A stretch of DNA of 64,000 bases from Arsenophonus sp. (GTDB lineage: Bacteria; Pseudomonadota; Gammaproteobacteria; Enterobacterales; Enterobacteriaceae): contig JBHEQW010000003.1 of the NCBI GenBank assembly GCA_046530935.1, forward strand, positions 107 to 64,106, read 5' to 3'. Under the pieces are notes generated by a model. It was not told the origin of the DNA and ran no database searches. It worked only from the letters and a program-made list of their open reading frames with translations. The position numbers and the translations under genes were made by a program. Within the stretch, counting starts at the first letter, position 1, and the number at the start of each line of letters is the position of its first letter. Shown in pieces: positions 1-12,499 of this stretch.

Positions 1-1037
1 TCTAGGCAGAAGAAGACTGGAAGATCAACTCACGCAGAATCATCACCATTAACTTTTAGTTGCATGTCTTTAAGAGACTGAAGACATGCACATTAGTTGT
101 TTTTTGGCTGCTTAATAACGTCCATTCTGAGTATTTAAGAATATCTTTGCTATTGCCATTGCATTTTAAAAATCAAAGGCATTATATTCTCTGGCAAATT
201 TTGGAAGATACGCTTAATGTACGTGCTTTCAGCCCATTGAGAAGTTCGGCTAAGTTCGCTTTTAACTCTCAAAAGCATCTTCTACAATAACTAGTTCATT
301 ACATGCATACTCAGTAATGCCTATAATCTGACCAGCAGTCCAAGTTCGATTTGCTTGCCTAAGAGATGACTGTATATGTTATCCACTCAAGAAATAAACG
401 TAGTGCATATTACTTAAATCAGGCAGACGCAGCATTGCCTGTGTTTTTCAAGTTCTTGCTATTTCAGTTAGCTTATTCTCTTTCTATCAAGTAAACTGTA
501 TGTTTTTTTTAGCGAAAAGCATCCGCAGAAATTTGTGAAAATCACAGATGTAGAATGCCTCGCAGGTACAGAGTTATTGGAAATTCCTCAACGCTTTTTG
601 GACCTTTCAGATAAGGCACTAACACTAATAAGGAGATCTGTTGAAGCATATTTGATTGCTGCTGCGATTCTATGACCTTAGATACTTTAATCTCAATATC
701 GCTAATACCAGTATCTATAATTTCCTGTGGCAAATAACCTTTACTGACGGCGATATGGACACCTTATTCAGTCTATAAGCTATAAACGTTCAGCATTTTT
801 TTGCGGCATGGCTTTAAGCTCATTCCTCAACTGTGGTGGGTGTTATCACAACCTAGCCAGCATTATGGATGAGTTCATGCAGGTGGTTAGAACTAATATT
901 TGGTTTCGCAAATACATTTAGGGTAGATTTTTTATCGTATATCTATACTCTCTCTATTATTGAAATTAACCACGAAATCAATCAGATAAATAAGAGAGCA
1001 TCTATTAAACTCAATACGTAAGAAATAAACATAACTT
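1..1037 (-). mobile_element. IS256-like (Mutator-type) transposase pseudogene, copy A1; runs off the window start
   Basis: Minus-strand translation (ORF 542..733) reads ..DTGISDIEIKV.. and ..YLKG.. . This resembles the IS256-family N-terminal region (G.IEL.VPR.R / Y.KGVSTR). Many stops and frameshifts. The inner end ..ataactt at 1031-1037 matches the ends of the other copies. Confidence 0.65.
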
Positions 1038-1870
1038 ATAACTTTCTGATTATATAACATAATTAGGCGATGGTGATTAATTTTATGTTCGCTGATAATG
1101 GGTTCATACTACTTAGCTCTATTCAAGAAAAGGATAGACTATTTGTTGATGATCTGCTAAAGAAAAACAGTTAATACGTTCTGTATTAAACTCTTCAAGA
1201 ATTTTGTCGGTTATATGACCCACAGATTGATCTATGGCGATTAAGATCGAAATTAGTTCTTTTTTTTATCTCATCCTCTTGCAGCTTTTTTGCCTTTCCT
1301 TTATCAGATATAAGAGTTGCATTTAAAGGATTTATGGAAAATATTTCGTCAACTTCAAGAATACAACTTAACGCATTTATGTTGGCTGTTGCAGCTTAAG
1401 TAAGGAAGCAGTGAGGCCATATAAACGCTGTTTTCAAATTAATGCCTGCTTGTTTCACTGACTCTCGTAAAATCAAGCTATTCAACATATATCGCAGATA
1501 ACTAAACTATTTATTTTATTTTTGTGATCTAGTTAGCAGAGGAGTTACAGTAAGATTGTTAAATGGTTTCTCCTGCAATTGTAAATTTACAATGATATTG
1601 CTGTAAGACTAAATATCCTACAGCGGATAACATCTTCACTGTGAGAATATTAGGAGAATAAAGTGAAATGAGTTGTCTCAATGCATGAATCAACATCATC
1701 CAACAGATTGTTACCTAGAAAACTAATGATATGTAACTTTACATCAGCAAGAAAAAAAAGGAAAGGATCTCTGTTATCTGTATAATTATTTGTTTTTTTA
1801 TGGCAAGCTTTCTAGCAAAAATTCTTCATAAGTGGAATGGATTTCTACTAACAAGCTTTAGAAACATAGC
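1038..1870 (-). mobile_element. ISAs1-like transposase pseudogene, copy C1; its C-terminal end is cut by IS256 copy A1
   Basis: Nucleotide homology to the full-length copies at 5931, 18148, 30215 and 39700. The terminal repeat ..ctttagaaacatagc ends at 1870 (consensus GCTATGTTGGCAAAGGTT, inverted). Confidence 0.6.
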
Positions 1871-1994
1871 CATTTAGTTGCATTGTAATTAATTAATAAT
1901 ACTCACTAATCTGAACAAATTAAACCTTTATTTGTAACCTGTATGAAACAACTTATAATGAAGCTTCACTAAATTAAAAAGTAGAAAGTATATA

Positions 1995-3467
1995 ATGAAA
2001 TACCGTGATTTTAGAGATTTTATATCATTATTAGAACAAAAAAAAGAACTGAAACGTATCAGCTATGAAGTCGATCCTTATTTAGAAATGACAGAAATAG
2101 CAGATAGAACTTTGCGAGCTGGTGGGCCTGCACTTTTATTTGAAAACCCTAAAGGTTTTTCTATGCCAGTTCTGTGTAATTTATTTGGGACAGTCAAACG
2201 CGTTGCGATGGGTTTAGGGCAAGAAAATATCAAAGCATTATATGAAGTTGGCAAATTATTAACACTTCTTAAGGAACCGGATCCACCTAAAGGATTTACT
2301 GATTTAATTAACAAACTGGCAAAATTTAAGCAAGTCCTTAATATGCCAATCAAAAGGTTAAAGTTGGCAGCTTGTCAAGAACAGATTTTGCAAGGTGATG
2401 ATGTTAATTTATTTCGTATTCCAATAATGCATTGTTGGCCAGAAGATGTAGCACCACTTATAACATGGGGATTGACAGTTACTAGAGGACCTCATAAGCC
2501 ACGGCAAAATCTAGGCATCTATCGTCAGCAATTATTAACTAAAAATAAATTGATCATGCGTTGGTTATCTCACCGTGGTGGGGCATTGGATTTTCAAGAA
2601 TGGTGTAATAAACATCCAGATAAACCTTTTCCTGTTGCAGTAGCTTTGGGGGCTGATCCTGCTACTATTTTGGCCGCTGTAACACCTATTCCGGATACGC
2701 TTTCAGAATATGCATTTGCTGGATTATTACGAGGACATCGTTCAGCTGTTATAAGATGTATATCTAATGAGCTTGAGGTGCCGGCAGGTGCAGAAATTAT
2801 TCTCGAAGGATATATTGATCCTAAAGAATTTGCACTAGAAGGGCCCTGTGGAGATCATACAGGTTATTATAATGAAGGTGATAAATTTCCTGTATTTATC
2901 GTTACACATATGACTCAACGTAATGATGCTATTTATCATTCAACTTACAGCGGGCGCCCTCCTGATGAACCTGCCGTTTTAGCTGCTGCACTGAATGAGA
3001 TTTTAGTCCCTATTTTACAAAAACAGTTTCCAGAAATTGTTGATTTTTATTTACCACCTGAGGGATGCTCTTATCGGCTTGCCATAGTAACCATAAAGAA
3101 ACAATATGCTGGGCATGCTAAGAGCCTTATGATGGGAGTTTGGTCTTATTTACGGCAATTTATATATATAAAATTTGTTATTGTTTGTGATGAAGATATT
3201 AATGCTCGCGACTGGAATGATGTTATTTGGGCAATAACAACCAGAATGGACCCAGCACGAGATACAGTTATAATAGAAAATACCCCAATCGATCATCTTG
3301 ATTTTGCATCACCCATCTCAGGTTTAGGTTCAAAAATGGGGCTTGATGCAACCAATAAATGGCCAGGCGAAACACAACGAGAGTGGGGTCGCCCAATTGT
3401 TATGACAGAAAAAATAAAAAAACGGATAGATGATATTTGGCATGAATTGGATATTTTTAGATTATGA
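1995..3467 (+). CDS. ubiD: 4-hydroxy-3-polyprenylbenzoate decarboxylase UbiD
   Basis: Uninterrupted 490-aa [72 protein letters not shown] and [12 protein letters not shown] align end to end with E. coli UbiD as I recall it. fre follows 10 bp later, as in E. coli. Confidence 0.96.
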   Translation: MKYRDFRDFISLLEQKKELKRISYEVDPYLEMTEIADRTLRAGGPALLFENPKGFSMPVLCNLFGTVKRVAMGLGQENIKALYEVGKLLTLLKEPDPPKGFTDLINKLAKFKQVLNMPIKRLKLAACQEQILQGDDVNLFRIPIMHCWPEDVAPLITWGLTVTRGPHKPRQNLGIYRQQLLTKNKLIMRWLSHRGGALDFQEWCNKHPDKPFPVAVALGADPATILAAVTPIPDTLSEYAFAGLLRGHRSAVIRCISNELEVPAGAEIILEGYIDPKEFALEGPCGDHTGYYNEGDKFPVFIVTHMTQRNDAIYHSTYSGRPPDEPAVLAAALNEILVPILQKQFPEIVDFYLPPEGCSYRLAIVTIKKQYAGHAKSLMMGVWSYLRQFIYIKFVIVCDEDINARDWNDVIWAITTRMDPARDTVIIENTPIDHLDFASPISGLGSKMGLDATNKWPGETQREWGRPIVMTEKIKKRIDDIWHELDIFRL

Positions 3468-3477
3468 GAGGATGTGA

Positions 3478-4179
3478 ATGACGAGATTAAGTTGTAAGAT
3501 AGTTTCTATAGAAACTATCACTGATACAGTTTATCGCGTTTGCTTATTACCTGATGCTCAAATTTTCTTTCGTGCCGGTCAATATTTAATGCTCATTATG
3601 GATGAGCAGGATAAGCGTCCATTTTCCTTGGCTTCAATTCCTTCAGAAAAAAAAATAATTGAACTACATATTGGTGTATCAGAATTTAATTTTTATACCA
3701 TGGCGGTTATAGAGCGTATTTTTGCGCAAAATAGTATTGATATTGATGTCCCTCATGGTAAAGCTTGGTTTCGCCATGGAAGTAAAAAACCAATAATTCT
3801 TATTGCCGGTGGAACAGGGTTTTCTTATACCCGCGCTATTTTATATGCTGCATTAGAAGAAAATCCTGATAGAGATATTACCTTCTATTGGGGTGGACGA
3901 AGGCTAGAACATTTATATGATTTAGGTGAATTGCAATATCTTTCAGAGAAATATCACAATATAAAAATTATTCCTGTTGTTGAACAGCCTGAACCAGATT
4001 GGCGAGGATGGACAGGTACGGTTTTGAGTGCTGTATTGGACGATTTTGGTTCTCTTACAAAATATGAAATTTATATTGCTGGGCGTTTTGAAATGGCAAA
4101 AATTGCAAGAGAACAGTTTTGTGGTAAAAGAGAGATCAGCCCTGAATATCTTTATGGTGATGCCTTCGAATTTATTTAA
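3478..4179 (+). CDS. fre: NAD(P)H-flavin reductase Fre
   Basis: 233-aa [60 protein letters not shown] and the C-terminal GDAFEFI match E. coli Fre. The ubiD-fre adjacency is conserved. Confidence 0.95.
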   Translation: MTRLSCKIVSIETITDTVYRVCLLPDAQIFFRAGQYLMLIMDEQDKRPFSLASIPSEKKIIELHIGVSEFNFYTMAVIERIFAQNSIDIDVPHGKAWFRHGSKKPIILIAGGTGFSYTRAILYAALEENPDRDITFYWGGRRLEHLYDLGELQYLSEKYHNIKIIPVVEQPEPDWRGWTGTVLSAVLDDFGSLTKYEIYIAGRFEMAKIAREQFCGKREISPEYLYGDAFEFI

Positions 4180-4278
4180 ATGTAATAACAAAATAACAAA
4201 CAAGCTTCATCCTTAGCCAGAAAATAGCAACAATAAGCAATAAAAATAGCAATATTATACAATAAAGTCTAGATTAGT

Positions 4279-5520
4279 TGTTTAGTCCCGATAATTATAT
4301 AGGCCATTGTCTCCTGGCCTTATTTATAGAAAGATGCTTACTTAAAAGAGGTATAGGATATAGTTGATGGCAATATATTATGATGATTATGGCTCAATCC
4401 TCAGGAAAGTACAATACCTAAAATCAGTGCTGCTTTTTAGGCCAGGAAAGCATCCTGTGCCTCTACTTTGGTTAGATGTTATGGCCATAATATCGTAACT
4501 TAGCGTTGTTAAATAGTAAAAACAATATGGGTTTGATTATCACAAACCATATTTACTATTTGGTTACAGATTATGTTGTCGCCTGCTAAGGAAGCCGTAC
4601 TCATTTTCCTGCTAAAATCTTTTTTCTCTCTTAAGGATCTTACTGATAGTCTTACGAGAGTTCCTTAACCTCCTTGTATATCAATCTGGCATGGATAGCT
4701 GTTTACAAAAGCATGTAGAGCCTGTATGTGGAATTTCCGTGACAATGATGAAAAAGAATTGATGCAGAAACATAAATGGTTTAAAAGATTACGAATCTAG
4801 TTATCTCTGCACTTAGCTAGATATAAAATATCTTCCGCAAATGAAAAACAAAATTTTACAACGTTAGTTTTTAGTAAGTGTATAGATATTACGTAATGAT
4901 GAGCTGGAGATAATTTGAAGTCAAAACGTGCGATAAATGGTGGACTGCTTTTATTTCTATCAGTGCAACTAAATTATACTGTTATTTTTTATAGGTGCAG
5001 GAGGTGATGTGGAAGTGCTTTTGTTTTGTTGAGTTGCACGATCAAATTAGACAATATTTGTAGATGCTGATCAATGAAACTTTATACAGCAATGCTAGTT
5101 GTTTTCTACTTTGACCTGACTTGAGTAATTTTTTAGCCTGGTATTATTGTGCAGAAGATAATTAGCAAGGTATTACACTCGATAAGACAGTCCCTGATCA
5201 TCTTGCTTATCACTATAACTAAAAACTTGCCTGAGTAAGCTCCGGAACCAGTTTCCATACTATTTGTGTGCCAATTTGCTCATCAATATGAAAGAAAGAT
5301 CACTAAGTAGAAGGAATGGTGTATCGATAAAATACATCAAACTATGAAAATGAATCCTTTTATCTTCTAGTTCAGAGATTAAACCAATTAAATAGTTAAT
5401 ACTTATGCCTATCTTCTGGTTATCTATAGTTCAGATCACCAACTGTAAGCTGATTTTAAGTAGTTTAATATGCGTTGTAATCTAGATCTTTCTTCTATGG
5501 ATTGTTTTCCACTAATTTTA
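4279..5520 (+). mobile_element. IS481-like (rve integrase) transposase pseudogene, copy B1
   Basis: The left end tgtttagtcccgataattatatagg matches the left ends at 14001, 29960, 51201 and 59908. The N-terminal HTH-like remnant is heavily frameshifted. The right boundary is approximate. Confidence 0.5.
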
Positions 5521-5930
5521 TCCTTAGATAATCAATTCAGGATTTGAAAAATTAACTATTTTTATTGTAAATTAATCTTTTAGTTATTTTTTTTGATGCA
5601 CTTATATAAGTCTATATATCATTTTTATTTCTTGCTGCTTTCTCTGAAAACCTTATCATTGCTTGTTTTGGTTTAAATTTTAGTTAAATTTTAAATTTAA
5701 AAATTTTAGCAACAAAGGTTGATGTGTATTTCTTGTACTTTTCCCATTGATGCAACTATCAATACTTCGTCTTTGCTATAATCGCCAACATTGCCTGCTG
5801 GAATACTGATGTTTGCATTACCATTAAAGGGTATATCAGCGATATTTACATGTTTGTAGGTGAGTTATGTCGACAGATAATACAAATCAATATTAGTTAT
5901 GATTAACCTTTAAAAATCTCTTTACTAATG

Positions 5931-6979
5931 GTTATGTTTGAGCAAAGGGTTTTGGCAAAAATCATTTACTGTATAAATGATTTTGATACAAATATTACAA
6001 TGAAAAAGCAAACAGTCATACAGATCAAAGAGACTCTTTCCTTACTTCCTGCCAACATAAAGCTGCATTTCATTAGTTAGGTTGGTGACAATTATTTGTT
6101 GCATGATGTTGATTCATTCATTGAAGCAACTTATTTCACTTTATTCTGCTCATATTATTATAATGAACATCTTAATGTTATCCGCTTTGGATATTCATTT
6201 AGGATTACATGGATATCGTTACAAAATCACTGGTTGCAGGAAACCATTTAGTAATCTTATTGGAAGTCCTCTAGCGAATTAGATAAGATGGATAAATAGT
6301 TTAGTTATATGCGATGTATGTTGAATAGCTTTATTTTATGGAAGTAAGTGAAATAAGTAAGCATTGATTTGAAAACAGCGTTTAGATGACTTCACTGCCT
6401 CATTGGCTTCAGAATCGACAACAAACATAAATGCATTAAATAGTATTTTTGAAGTCAATGAAATTTTTTCCATGAATCATTTAAATTAAAGGATTATATG
6501 CAACATAAAAAAGTTAGAAAACGTTCGAGATGAGGGAATAAAAGGAAAGAATAAATCGCGATCTTAATTGCTCGAGATCGATAGTAGGTTATATTTAAGC
6601 AATGGAGATTTTTGAAGATTTTAATGTAGAGTATGTTAGACATTTTTTTAAGTCATCATCTATAAATAGTCTATTATTTGCTCTGATGGATCTAAATAGT
6701 ACGAATTTTTTGCTAGCGAGTATGAAATTAATCATTATCGTCTAATAAAATTAGATAATTAGAGAGTTATTTATAAGACATTCCATATTTAAGCTGTGAA
6801 TATAATTATATTCACTAATTAAAAAGATAGTTCAGTAAATTCCATGCTATGTGGTGGTTTTATTTATCAAATTATCTAGCCTGAAAAAATTATTTAAAAG
6901 GAAAACAATTGAAATATAGACCAGACGTGGCTACAAATTACTCTTCGAGCGCAAACTAACAACATTTGCGAATATAGCC
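5931..6979 (+). mobile_element. ISAs1-like transposase pseudogene, copy C2, full length
   Basis: Homologous to the copies at 18148 and 39700. The terminal inverted repeats are degenerate (left ..gtttgagcaaagggtt, right aacatttgcgaatatagcc). The reading frame is full of stops. Confidence 0.6.
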
Positions 6980-7033
6980 AAAAACCATACTATCTTCCTG
7001 GATAGTGATAACTATTTTAAGGAAAAACTTAAG

Positions 7034-8371
7034 GTGGATATTCAGTTATTATATGCAGTTATTGGATTTTTTACAGGCACACTCCTTGGTGGTAATTTTA
7101 CCTGGTTCCTTATAGCGCAAAAAATGAATAAAAAAGAGTCTGAATTACGAGATTTTTATAGTGTCCAGGCTAGCTATGAGGAAAAGATCACTCATCTTGA
7201 ATATTGGAAAGTTAAATCTGAGCACCTGGACCAAGAATTAAGGTTACAAATGGAAGTTAATCGTAATCAAGAAGTTGAACTACGTGAAGTCATGACACGG
7301 CTTGAAGATACACGGTTAGCTTTTGAAGAAAAACAACGGCTGTTACTCAATACTGAGGAGCGATTAAATGTTCAATTTGAGAATTTGGCCAATCGTGTTT
7401 TTGAACAAAATGAACGTAGAGTTTCAGAGCAAAATCGTCAAAGTTTAATTACATTATTAACACCTTTCCGTGAACAATTAGACGGGTTTCGCCGTCAGGT
7501 ATATGAGAGTTTTAGTCAGGAAGGACGTGAGCGTCATACTCTAGCTCATGAAATTCGTCAGCTTCAGCAATTAAATGCAGTAATGGCAAAAGAAACAATT
7601 AATCTTACTAAAGCCTTAAAAGGTGATAATAAAATTCAGGGAAATTGGGGTGAGACCATTCTCTCTCGTATATTAGAAGCTTCTGGGCTAAGGCAGGGGC
7701 ATGAATTTGAAACTCAAGTTAGTATTAATACATCCAATAGTCGTTATCAACCAGATGTAATTATTCGTTTACCACAAGGTAAAGATATTGTTATCGATTC
7801 TAAAATGTCATTGACAGCTTATGAGTACTATTTTAATAGCGAAGATGAGCAAGAGCAAGCAAGTGCATTGCGAGGGCATATTAATTCAGTGCGTAATCAT
7901 ATAAAAGAGCTTGGACGAAAAGATTATCATCAATTAAACGGGTTAAGATCGTTGGATTATGTGTTAATGTTTATTCCTCTAGAACCAGCTTATTTGATTG
8001 CTTTACGTGAAGCACCTGAACTTATTGATGAAGGTTTGCGAAATAATATTTTTCTCGTTTGTCCTTCAACTTTATTGGTGGCAGTACGTATTATTAATAA
8101 TTTATGGCGTTATGAACAACAGAGTCAAAATGCACAAGTAATTGCCAAACGTGCTGCTAGCATGTATGACAAAATGCGGTTGTTTATCGATGATATACAA
8201 GTTTTAGGTAATAGTTTGAGTAAAGCACATGTAAATTATCAATCAGCGATAAAAAAATTAGCTGAAGGAAAAGGTAATTTAATTAGCCAGGCGGAAAGTT
8301 TAAAAGATTTAGGTATAGAAGTTAAACGTTCGATTGATATTGAATTTAAGAAACAAACGGCTGAATCATGA
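7034..8371 (+). CDS. rmuC: DNA recombination protein RmuC
   Basis: 445-aa ORF with a GTG start. MDIQLLYAVIGF.. parallels E. coli MDFSIMVYAVIAL. LANRVFEQNERRVSEQNRQSL, REQLDGFRRQV, ALKGDNK.QGNWGE and LWRYE.QS.NAQ are all conserved. It lies upstream of ubiE as in E. coli. Confidence 0.93.
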   Translation: MDIQLLYAVIGFFTGTLLGGNFTWFLIAQKMNKKESELRDFYSVQASYEEKITHLEYWKVKSEHLDQELRLQMEVNRNQEVELREVMTRLEDTRLAFEEKQRLLLNTEERLNVQFENLANRVFEQNERRVSEQNRQSLITLLTPFREQLDGFRRQVYESFSQEGRERHTLAHEIRQLQQLNAVMAKETINLTKALKGDNKIQGNWGETILSRILEASGLRQGHEFETQVSINTSNSRYQPDVIIRLPQGKDIVIDSKMSLTAYEYYFNSEDEQEQASALRGHINSVRNHIKELGRKDYHQLNGLRSLDYVLMFIPLEPAYLIALREAPELIDEGLRNNIFLVCPSTLLVAVRIINNLWRYEQQSQNAQVIAKRAASMYDKMRLFIDDIQVLGNSLSKAHVNYQSAIKKLAEGKGNLISQAESLKDLGIEVKRSIDIEFKKQTAES

Positions 8372-8454
8372 TTAAAAAATCGTTAGGTTATAAATTAAGA
8401 TCTTGTGATAAACATTGTTAGACTTCAATTATTTTAATGATTAAATGAGCATAA

Positions 8455-9213
8455 ATGATGGTAGATTTAATTAAAGAAACTACTGATTTTGGCTTTCGTA
8501 AAGTAGCTAAGGATGAGAAAGCTAATTTGGTTGCTGCTGTTTTTCATTCAGTGGCAGCACAATATGATGTTATGAATGATCTTATGTCATTTGGAATCCA
8601 TCGAATCTGGAAAAGTTTTATGATAAAAGCTAGTGGTGCGCGTCTAGGGCAATTTATTTTAGATTTAGCTTGTGGTAGCGGAGACTTGAGTGCTAAATTT
8701 GCCAAAATAGTTGGTGAAAAAGGTGAGGTTGTGTTGGCAGATATCAATGATTCCATGTTGAAAATAGGGCGTAAAAAGCTTCGCGATCATGGTATTATTG
8801 GTAATGTTAATTATGTTCAAGCTAATGCTGAAGAGTTGCCTTTTCCTGATAACCACTTCGATTGTATTAGTATTTCTTTTGGATTGCGCAATGTTACTGA
8901 TAAAGATAAAGCACTTCAATCAATGTTTAGAGTTTTAAAACCTGGTGGTCGTTTATTAGTATTAGAGTTTTCAAAACCTATTTTTTTAGCATTAACTAAA
9001 GCTTATGATGCCTACTCTTTTCATATTTTACCGCTGATTTGTCGAATGATAGCCAATGATCCTGATAGTTATCGATATCTGGCTGAATCTATTCGACTGC
9101 ATCCAGATCAAGAGACGTTAAAGGCAATGATAGAGTTAGTTGGCTTTGAACAAGTTTCGTATACCAATATGACTGGTGGAATTGTTGCCTTACATAGAGG
9201 ATTTAAATTTTAA
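8455..9213 (+). CDS. ubiE: Demethylmenaquinone/ubiquinone C-methyltransferase UbiE
   Basis: 252-aa [63 protein letters not shown] and the C-terminal ALHRGFKF match UbiE. Confidence 0.96.
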   Translation: MMVDLIKETTDFGFRKVAKDEKANLVAAVFHSVAAQYDVMNDLMSFGIHRIWKSFMIKASGARLGQFILDLACGSGDLSAKFAKIVGEKGEVVLADINDSMLKIGRKKLRDHGIIGNVNYVQANAEELPFPDNHFDCISISFGLRNVTDKDKALQSMFRVLKPGGRLLVLEFSKPIFLALTKAYDAYSFHILPLICRMIANDPDSYRYLAESIRLHPDQETLKAMIELVGFEQVSYTNMTGGIVALHRGFKF

Positions 9214-9214
9214 A

Positions 9215-9874
9215 ATGGATATGTTATCAGCAAAAAGCTATTCAATAATTCCATTATTAGATGTTGGGATATCGTTTCTTTTACAACATATTTTGAATAA
9301 ATTTTTCTATCAGGAAGTTGCATTGAAATCAGCTAGAATAAGATTGATTGGGAAAGTGCTGTCGATTGATTTTAAGGAATTATCTCAACCGTTGATATTT
9401 GTATTCTCTAAGAAACGAGTTGATGTGGTAAATAATCACCACACACCAGAAGATTGTATTATAAAAACTACATTAGTAACGTTAGCACGTCTTAAAGAAA
9501 AACAACAACTTTCAGAGTTGATCAACGATGGCACGATTATTATCGTAGGGGATATGCAAGTTGTGCTGCATTGGTGTGCATTGCTTGATGCAGCTGAATG
9601 GGATTTGGCTCATTACCTTGCTCCTTATATCGGTGATTTTATTGCTGAAGGTGTGAGTTGTTGGGTTAAAAAAGGTATAATTGGAATAAATGAGTTATTA
9701 AATCAACAAAAAAAATATTTTAAAAATGCATTGGTAGAAGAATGGAGAATATCTCCTAATGCATTGGAAGTGCTAAGTTTTATTGATAAGATTGAACGAG
9801 TGGTCGCAGATATTTCAGGATTGGAACTGCGTTTAGCCAAATTGGAGGAAAAATATGAGACCGAAAGAAATTAA
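9215..9874 (+). CDS. ubiJ: Ubiquinone biosynthesis accessory protein UbiJ (YigP, SCP2 domain)
   Basis: The ORF sits between ubiE and ubiB and overlaps ubiB by 20 nt, as yigP does in E. coli. I prefer the in-frame ATG at 9215, just after the ubiE stop, to the ORF-track start at 9176 inside ubiE. Sequence similarity is weaker than for the neighbours. Confidence 0.75.
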   Translation: MDMLSAKSYSIIPLLDVGISFLLQHILNKFFYQEVALKSARIRLIGKVLSIDFKELSQPLIFVFSKKRVDVVNNHHTPEDCIIKTTLVTLARLKEKQQLSELINDGTIIIVGDMQVVLHWCALLDAAEWDLAHYLAPYIGDFIAEGVSCWVKKGIIGINELLNQQKKYFKNALVEEWRISPNALEVLSFIDKIERVVADISGLELRLAKLEEKYETERN

Positions 9875-11486
9875 ACGGCTCTATTTTATCATTAGAGTAT
9901 TTCTAATTTATGGGTTAGATGAACTTATTCCAAAAATTAAATTTACTTTATCCTTAAGGATTGGACGCTGCTGTTTATTTTGGTTATTAAATAAGCATAA
10001 AGATAAATCTCTTGGTGAACGGTTACGTTTAACTTTAGAAGATTTAGGCCCGGTTTGGATTAAATTTGGTCAAATGTTGTCCACACGTCCTGATCTTTTT
10101 TCAAGAAAAATTTCTGATCAGTTATCATTATTACAAGATAATGTAGCTAGCTTTGATGGTAGATTGGCTCGTCAACAGATAGAGCAGTCATTAGGTGGTT
10201 CAATTGAAACCTGGTTTGATGATTTTGATGAGGTACCTTTAGCATCGGCCTCGATTGCTCAAGTACATACTGCAACATTAAAAAAAAATAACAAACAAAT
10301 TGTAATTAAAATTATTCGCCCTGATATATTGCCGGTTATTAAAGCCGATATAGGTTTGATGTATTGGTTGACTAATTGGATCCCATTTTTACCGAATGGA
10401 CGACGTTTATATTTACGGGAACTTGTTCGAGAGTATGAAAAAACATTAATTTATGAATTGAATTTGTTACGTGAGGCTGCAAATACCATCCAATTAAGGC
10501 GCAATTTTGAAAATAGTTCCATGCTTTATATTCCTGAAGTCTATTCAGATTACTCTCGAGAGAATGTGATGGTTATGGAGCGTATTTATGGTATTCCTGT
10601 TTCTGATATTAATGCATTAAAGAAACAGGGAGTTAATATGAAGTTATTAGCTGAACGTGGTGTAAAAGTTTTTTTTATCCAAGTTTTTCGCGATAGCTTT
10701 TTTCATGCTGATATGCATCCTGGCAATATTTTTATTAGTCAAGAACATCCTGAAAATCCGCAGTATATCGGTATTGATTGTGGTATTGTTGGTTCGCTAA
10801 ATAAAGAAGATAAACATTATTTGGCAGAAAATTTTATCGCTTTTTTTAATCGTGATTATCGCAAGGTAGCTGAATTACATGTTAATTCAGGCTGGGTACC
10901 AGCGGAGACTAATATAGAAGATTTCGAATTTGCCATTCGAACCGTTTGTGAACCAATCTTTGAAAAACCATTAGCTGAGATTTCTTTTGGTCATATTTTA
11001 TTCAATTTATTCAATACAGCACGTCGTTTTAATATGGAGGTTCAGCCTCAGTTAGTGTTACTGCAAAAAACATTGCTATATATTGAAGGATTGGGAAGGC
11101 AGCTTTATCCACAATTAAATTTGTGGAAGACAGCTAAACCTTTTCTTGAAGATGATTGTCTACATCGACAAATAGAATTAGTAACTATTATTAGTGCGTT
11201 TAAGGAAAAAGCACCTTATTGGATGGAAAAAATGCCAGAAATTCCTGATCTTATTTACGGAGCGCTTAAACAGCAAAAATCTTTACAAGATAGTATTGAT
11301 AAATTTACTTTGCGTATACAAGTACAGCAAGTAAAACAAAGACAAACTCAATATTTACTAGGAATTGGAGCAACTTGCTTATTATGTGGCACTTTATTAC
11401 AAATTTTCAATCTAAAAATTTCTGCTATTTGTTTTATATTTTTCGGTATAATTTTATGGGTGGTAGGGATGATATCGAACAGATAA
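9855..11486 (+). CDS. ubiB: Ubiquinone biosynthesis protein kinase-like UbiB
   Basis: 543-aa [83 protein letters not shown] and [16 protein letters not shown] match E. coli UbiB end to end. Confidence 0.96.
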   Translation: MRPKEIKRLYFIIRVFLIYGLDELIPKIKFTLSLRIGRCCLFWLLNKHKDKSLGERLRLTLEDLGPVWIKFGQMLSTRPDLFSRKISDQLSLLQDNVASFDGRLARQQIEQSLGGSIETWFDDFDEVPLASASIAQVHTATLKKNNKQIVIKIIRPDILPVIKADIGLMYWLTNWIPFLPNGRRLYLRELVREYEKTLIYELNLLREAANTIQLRRNFENSSMLYIPEVYSDYSRENVMVMERIYGIPVSDINALKKQGVNMKLLAERGVKVFFIQVFRDSFFHADMHPGNIFISQEHPENPQYIGIDCGIVGSLNKEDKHYLAENFIAFFNRDYRKVAELHVNSGWVPAETNIEDFEFAIRTVCEPIFEKPLAEISFGHILFNLFNTARRFNMEVQPQLVLLQKTLLYIEGLGRQLYPQLNLWKTAKPFLEDDCLHRQIELVTIISAFKEKAPYWMEKMPEIPDLIYGALKQQKSLQDSIDKFTLRIQVQQVKQRQTQYLLGIGATCLLCGTLLQIFNLKISAICFIFFGIILWVVGMISNR

Positions 11487-11523
11487 AAAATGCATCATAG
11501 GATTTTCCTATGATGCATTTTTT
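11485..11523 (+). terminator. Rho-independent (bidirectional-looking) terminator immediately after ubiB
   Basis: Perfect 17-bp inverted repeat, aaaaaatgcatcatagg / cctatgatgcatttttt (11485-11501 and 11507-11523), with the 5-nt loop atttt. There is an A-run on the left and T6 on the right. It overlaps the ubiB stop codon. Confidence 0.8.
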
Positions 11524-11664
11524 AGATCAGGAATTACTTGAAGTTGCCTTTAAACAAATTTATCTTAGATTTTCTATTTCTTAGATAAAAGAAATTGTAT
11601 ATAATTGGATTATATACAAATGAACTTAATTATCTAGGTATATATATAAATAGTAACAACAATT

Positions 11665-11870
11665 GCCATACACCATACATTTGGCAGTCCCGCTCAGCTC
11701 TTTATTTATTGCTTTACTTGTTGTTTTAATTTTTGATACTAAGAAGTTAGACTTACTTGGCTTAGATTTTTAGAGGAGTCATTAAAAAACTTCAAAAAAG
11801 CAATGAATGATGATCATAGTAAAACTGATGAGAGTAACAAAGCAAAAAAACAGTATAACTGGTGCTGATT
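11665..11870 (+). pseudogene. tatA: tatA pseudogene (Sec-independent translocase)
   Basis: Frames read ..LFIALLVVLIFDTKKLDLLGLDF* and then, after a shift, EESLKNFKKAMNDD... . This parallels E. coli TatA ..[38 protein letters not shown]. There is a premature stop, a frameshift and a disrupted 5' end. Confidence 0.8.
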
Positions 11871-11958
11871 TTTAACCCAAAAATATTATTGAGAAAACAA
11901 GAGCAAAGAGTAATTCAGATAAAAAAAACGCCTGAAAAATAAAGTAAGTGTATAAACT

Positions 11959-12470
11959 ATGCTTAATATTATGTTTAGTAAATTATTATTGGTTATAATT
12001 AGTGGCTAGATTGTTTTTGGTACAGAGATTAGCGTTTGCAGATAGTCGTCAAAACTGTTGCCTGTGGTCTGTAGGTTGGATAGATCTATCTTTCTTATTT
12101 TCATGCTAACGGTCAACATGAACTCTTGCAAAAATTAAAATTCTTGGAATTTCCAGAAAACATTGAGGAAAAAAGAAGAAAAATCATAATTACAAATATT
12201 TCGCGTGGAGAAAATTAATCAATTAAATTAAAGAATTAAGAGAATTTACTCATCTTATCAAAAAATTATCAATCATCATTGAGCATTCGTATCGAAGAAG
12301 AATTGGCTAAAGTAAAAGTATTTATTAGTGATCTTGATGAAAATAGCAGAGATAAAATAATATGAAGAAATTTTTATAACAACTAATAAACAACATCAGA
12401 TGGCACAGATTAATAAGTTGGTAACTACGACAGATAATCCTCTAAAAATAAAAATGCGATTAAATTTTAT
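11959..12470 (+). pseudogene. tatB: tatB pseudogene
   Basis: MLNIMFSKLLLVIISG*IVFGT.. followed by shifted ..ELLQKLKFLEFQKTLRKK.. parallels TatB [26 protein letters not shown]...ELKLQEFQDSLKK. Several stops and frameshifts. Confidence 0.75.
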
Positions 12471-12499
12471 TAAGGAAAAATAAAAACGCCCTGATAAAA

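Noticed and set aside
2078-2353. Antisense or overlapping ORFs inside intact genes (2078..2353, 3943..4203, 4028..4216, 8544..8756, 8665..8919, 25808..26029, 53996..54202)
   Set aside because: Each lies within or against a well-supported conserved gene. Each has a low-complexity composition and no recognisable motifs. Such shadow ORFs are expected.
9176-9214. ORF-track start of ubiJ at 9176, and similarly alx at 58823 and kdsB at 49422
   Set aside because: These extensions overlap the upstream gene or add residues that have no counterpart in the E. coli orthologues. The in-frame ATGs at 9215, 58859 and 49437 align with the orthologue N-termini.
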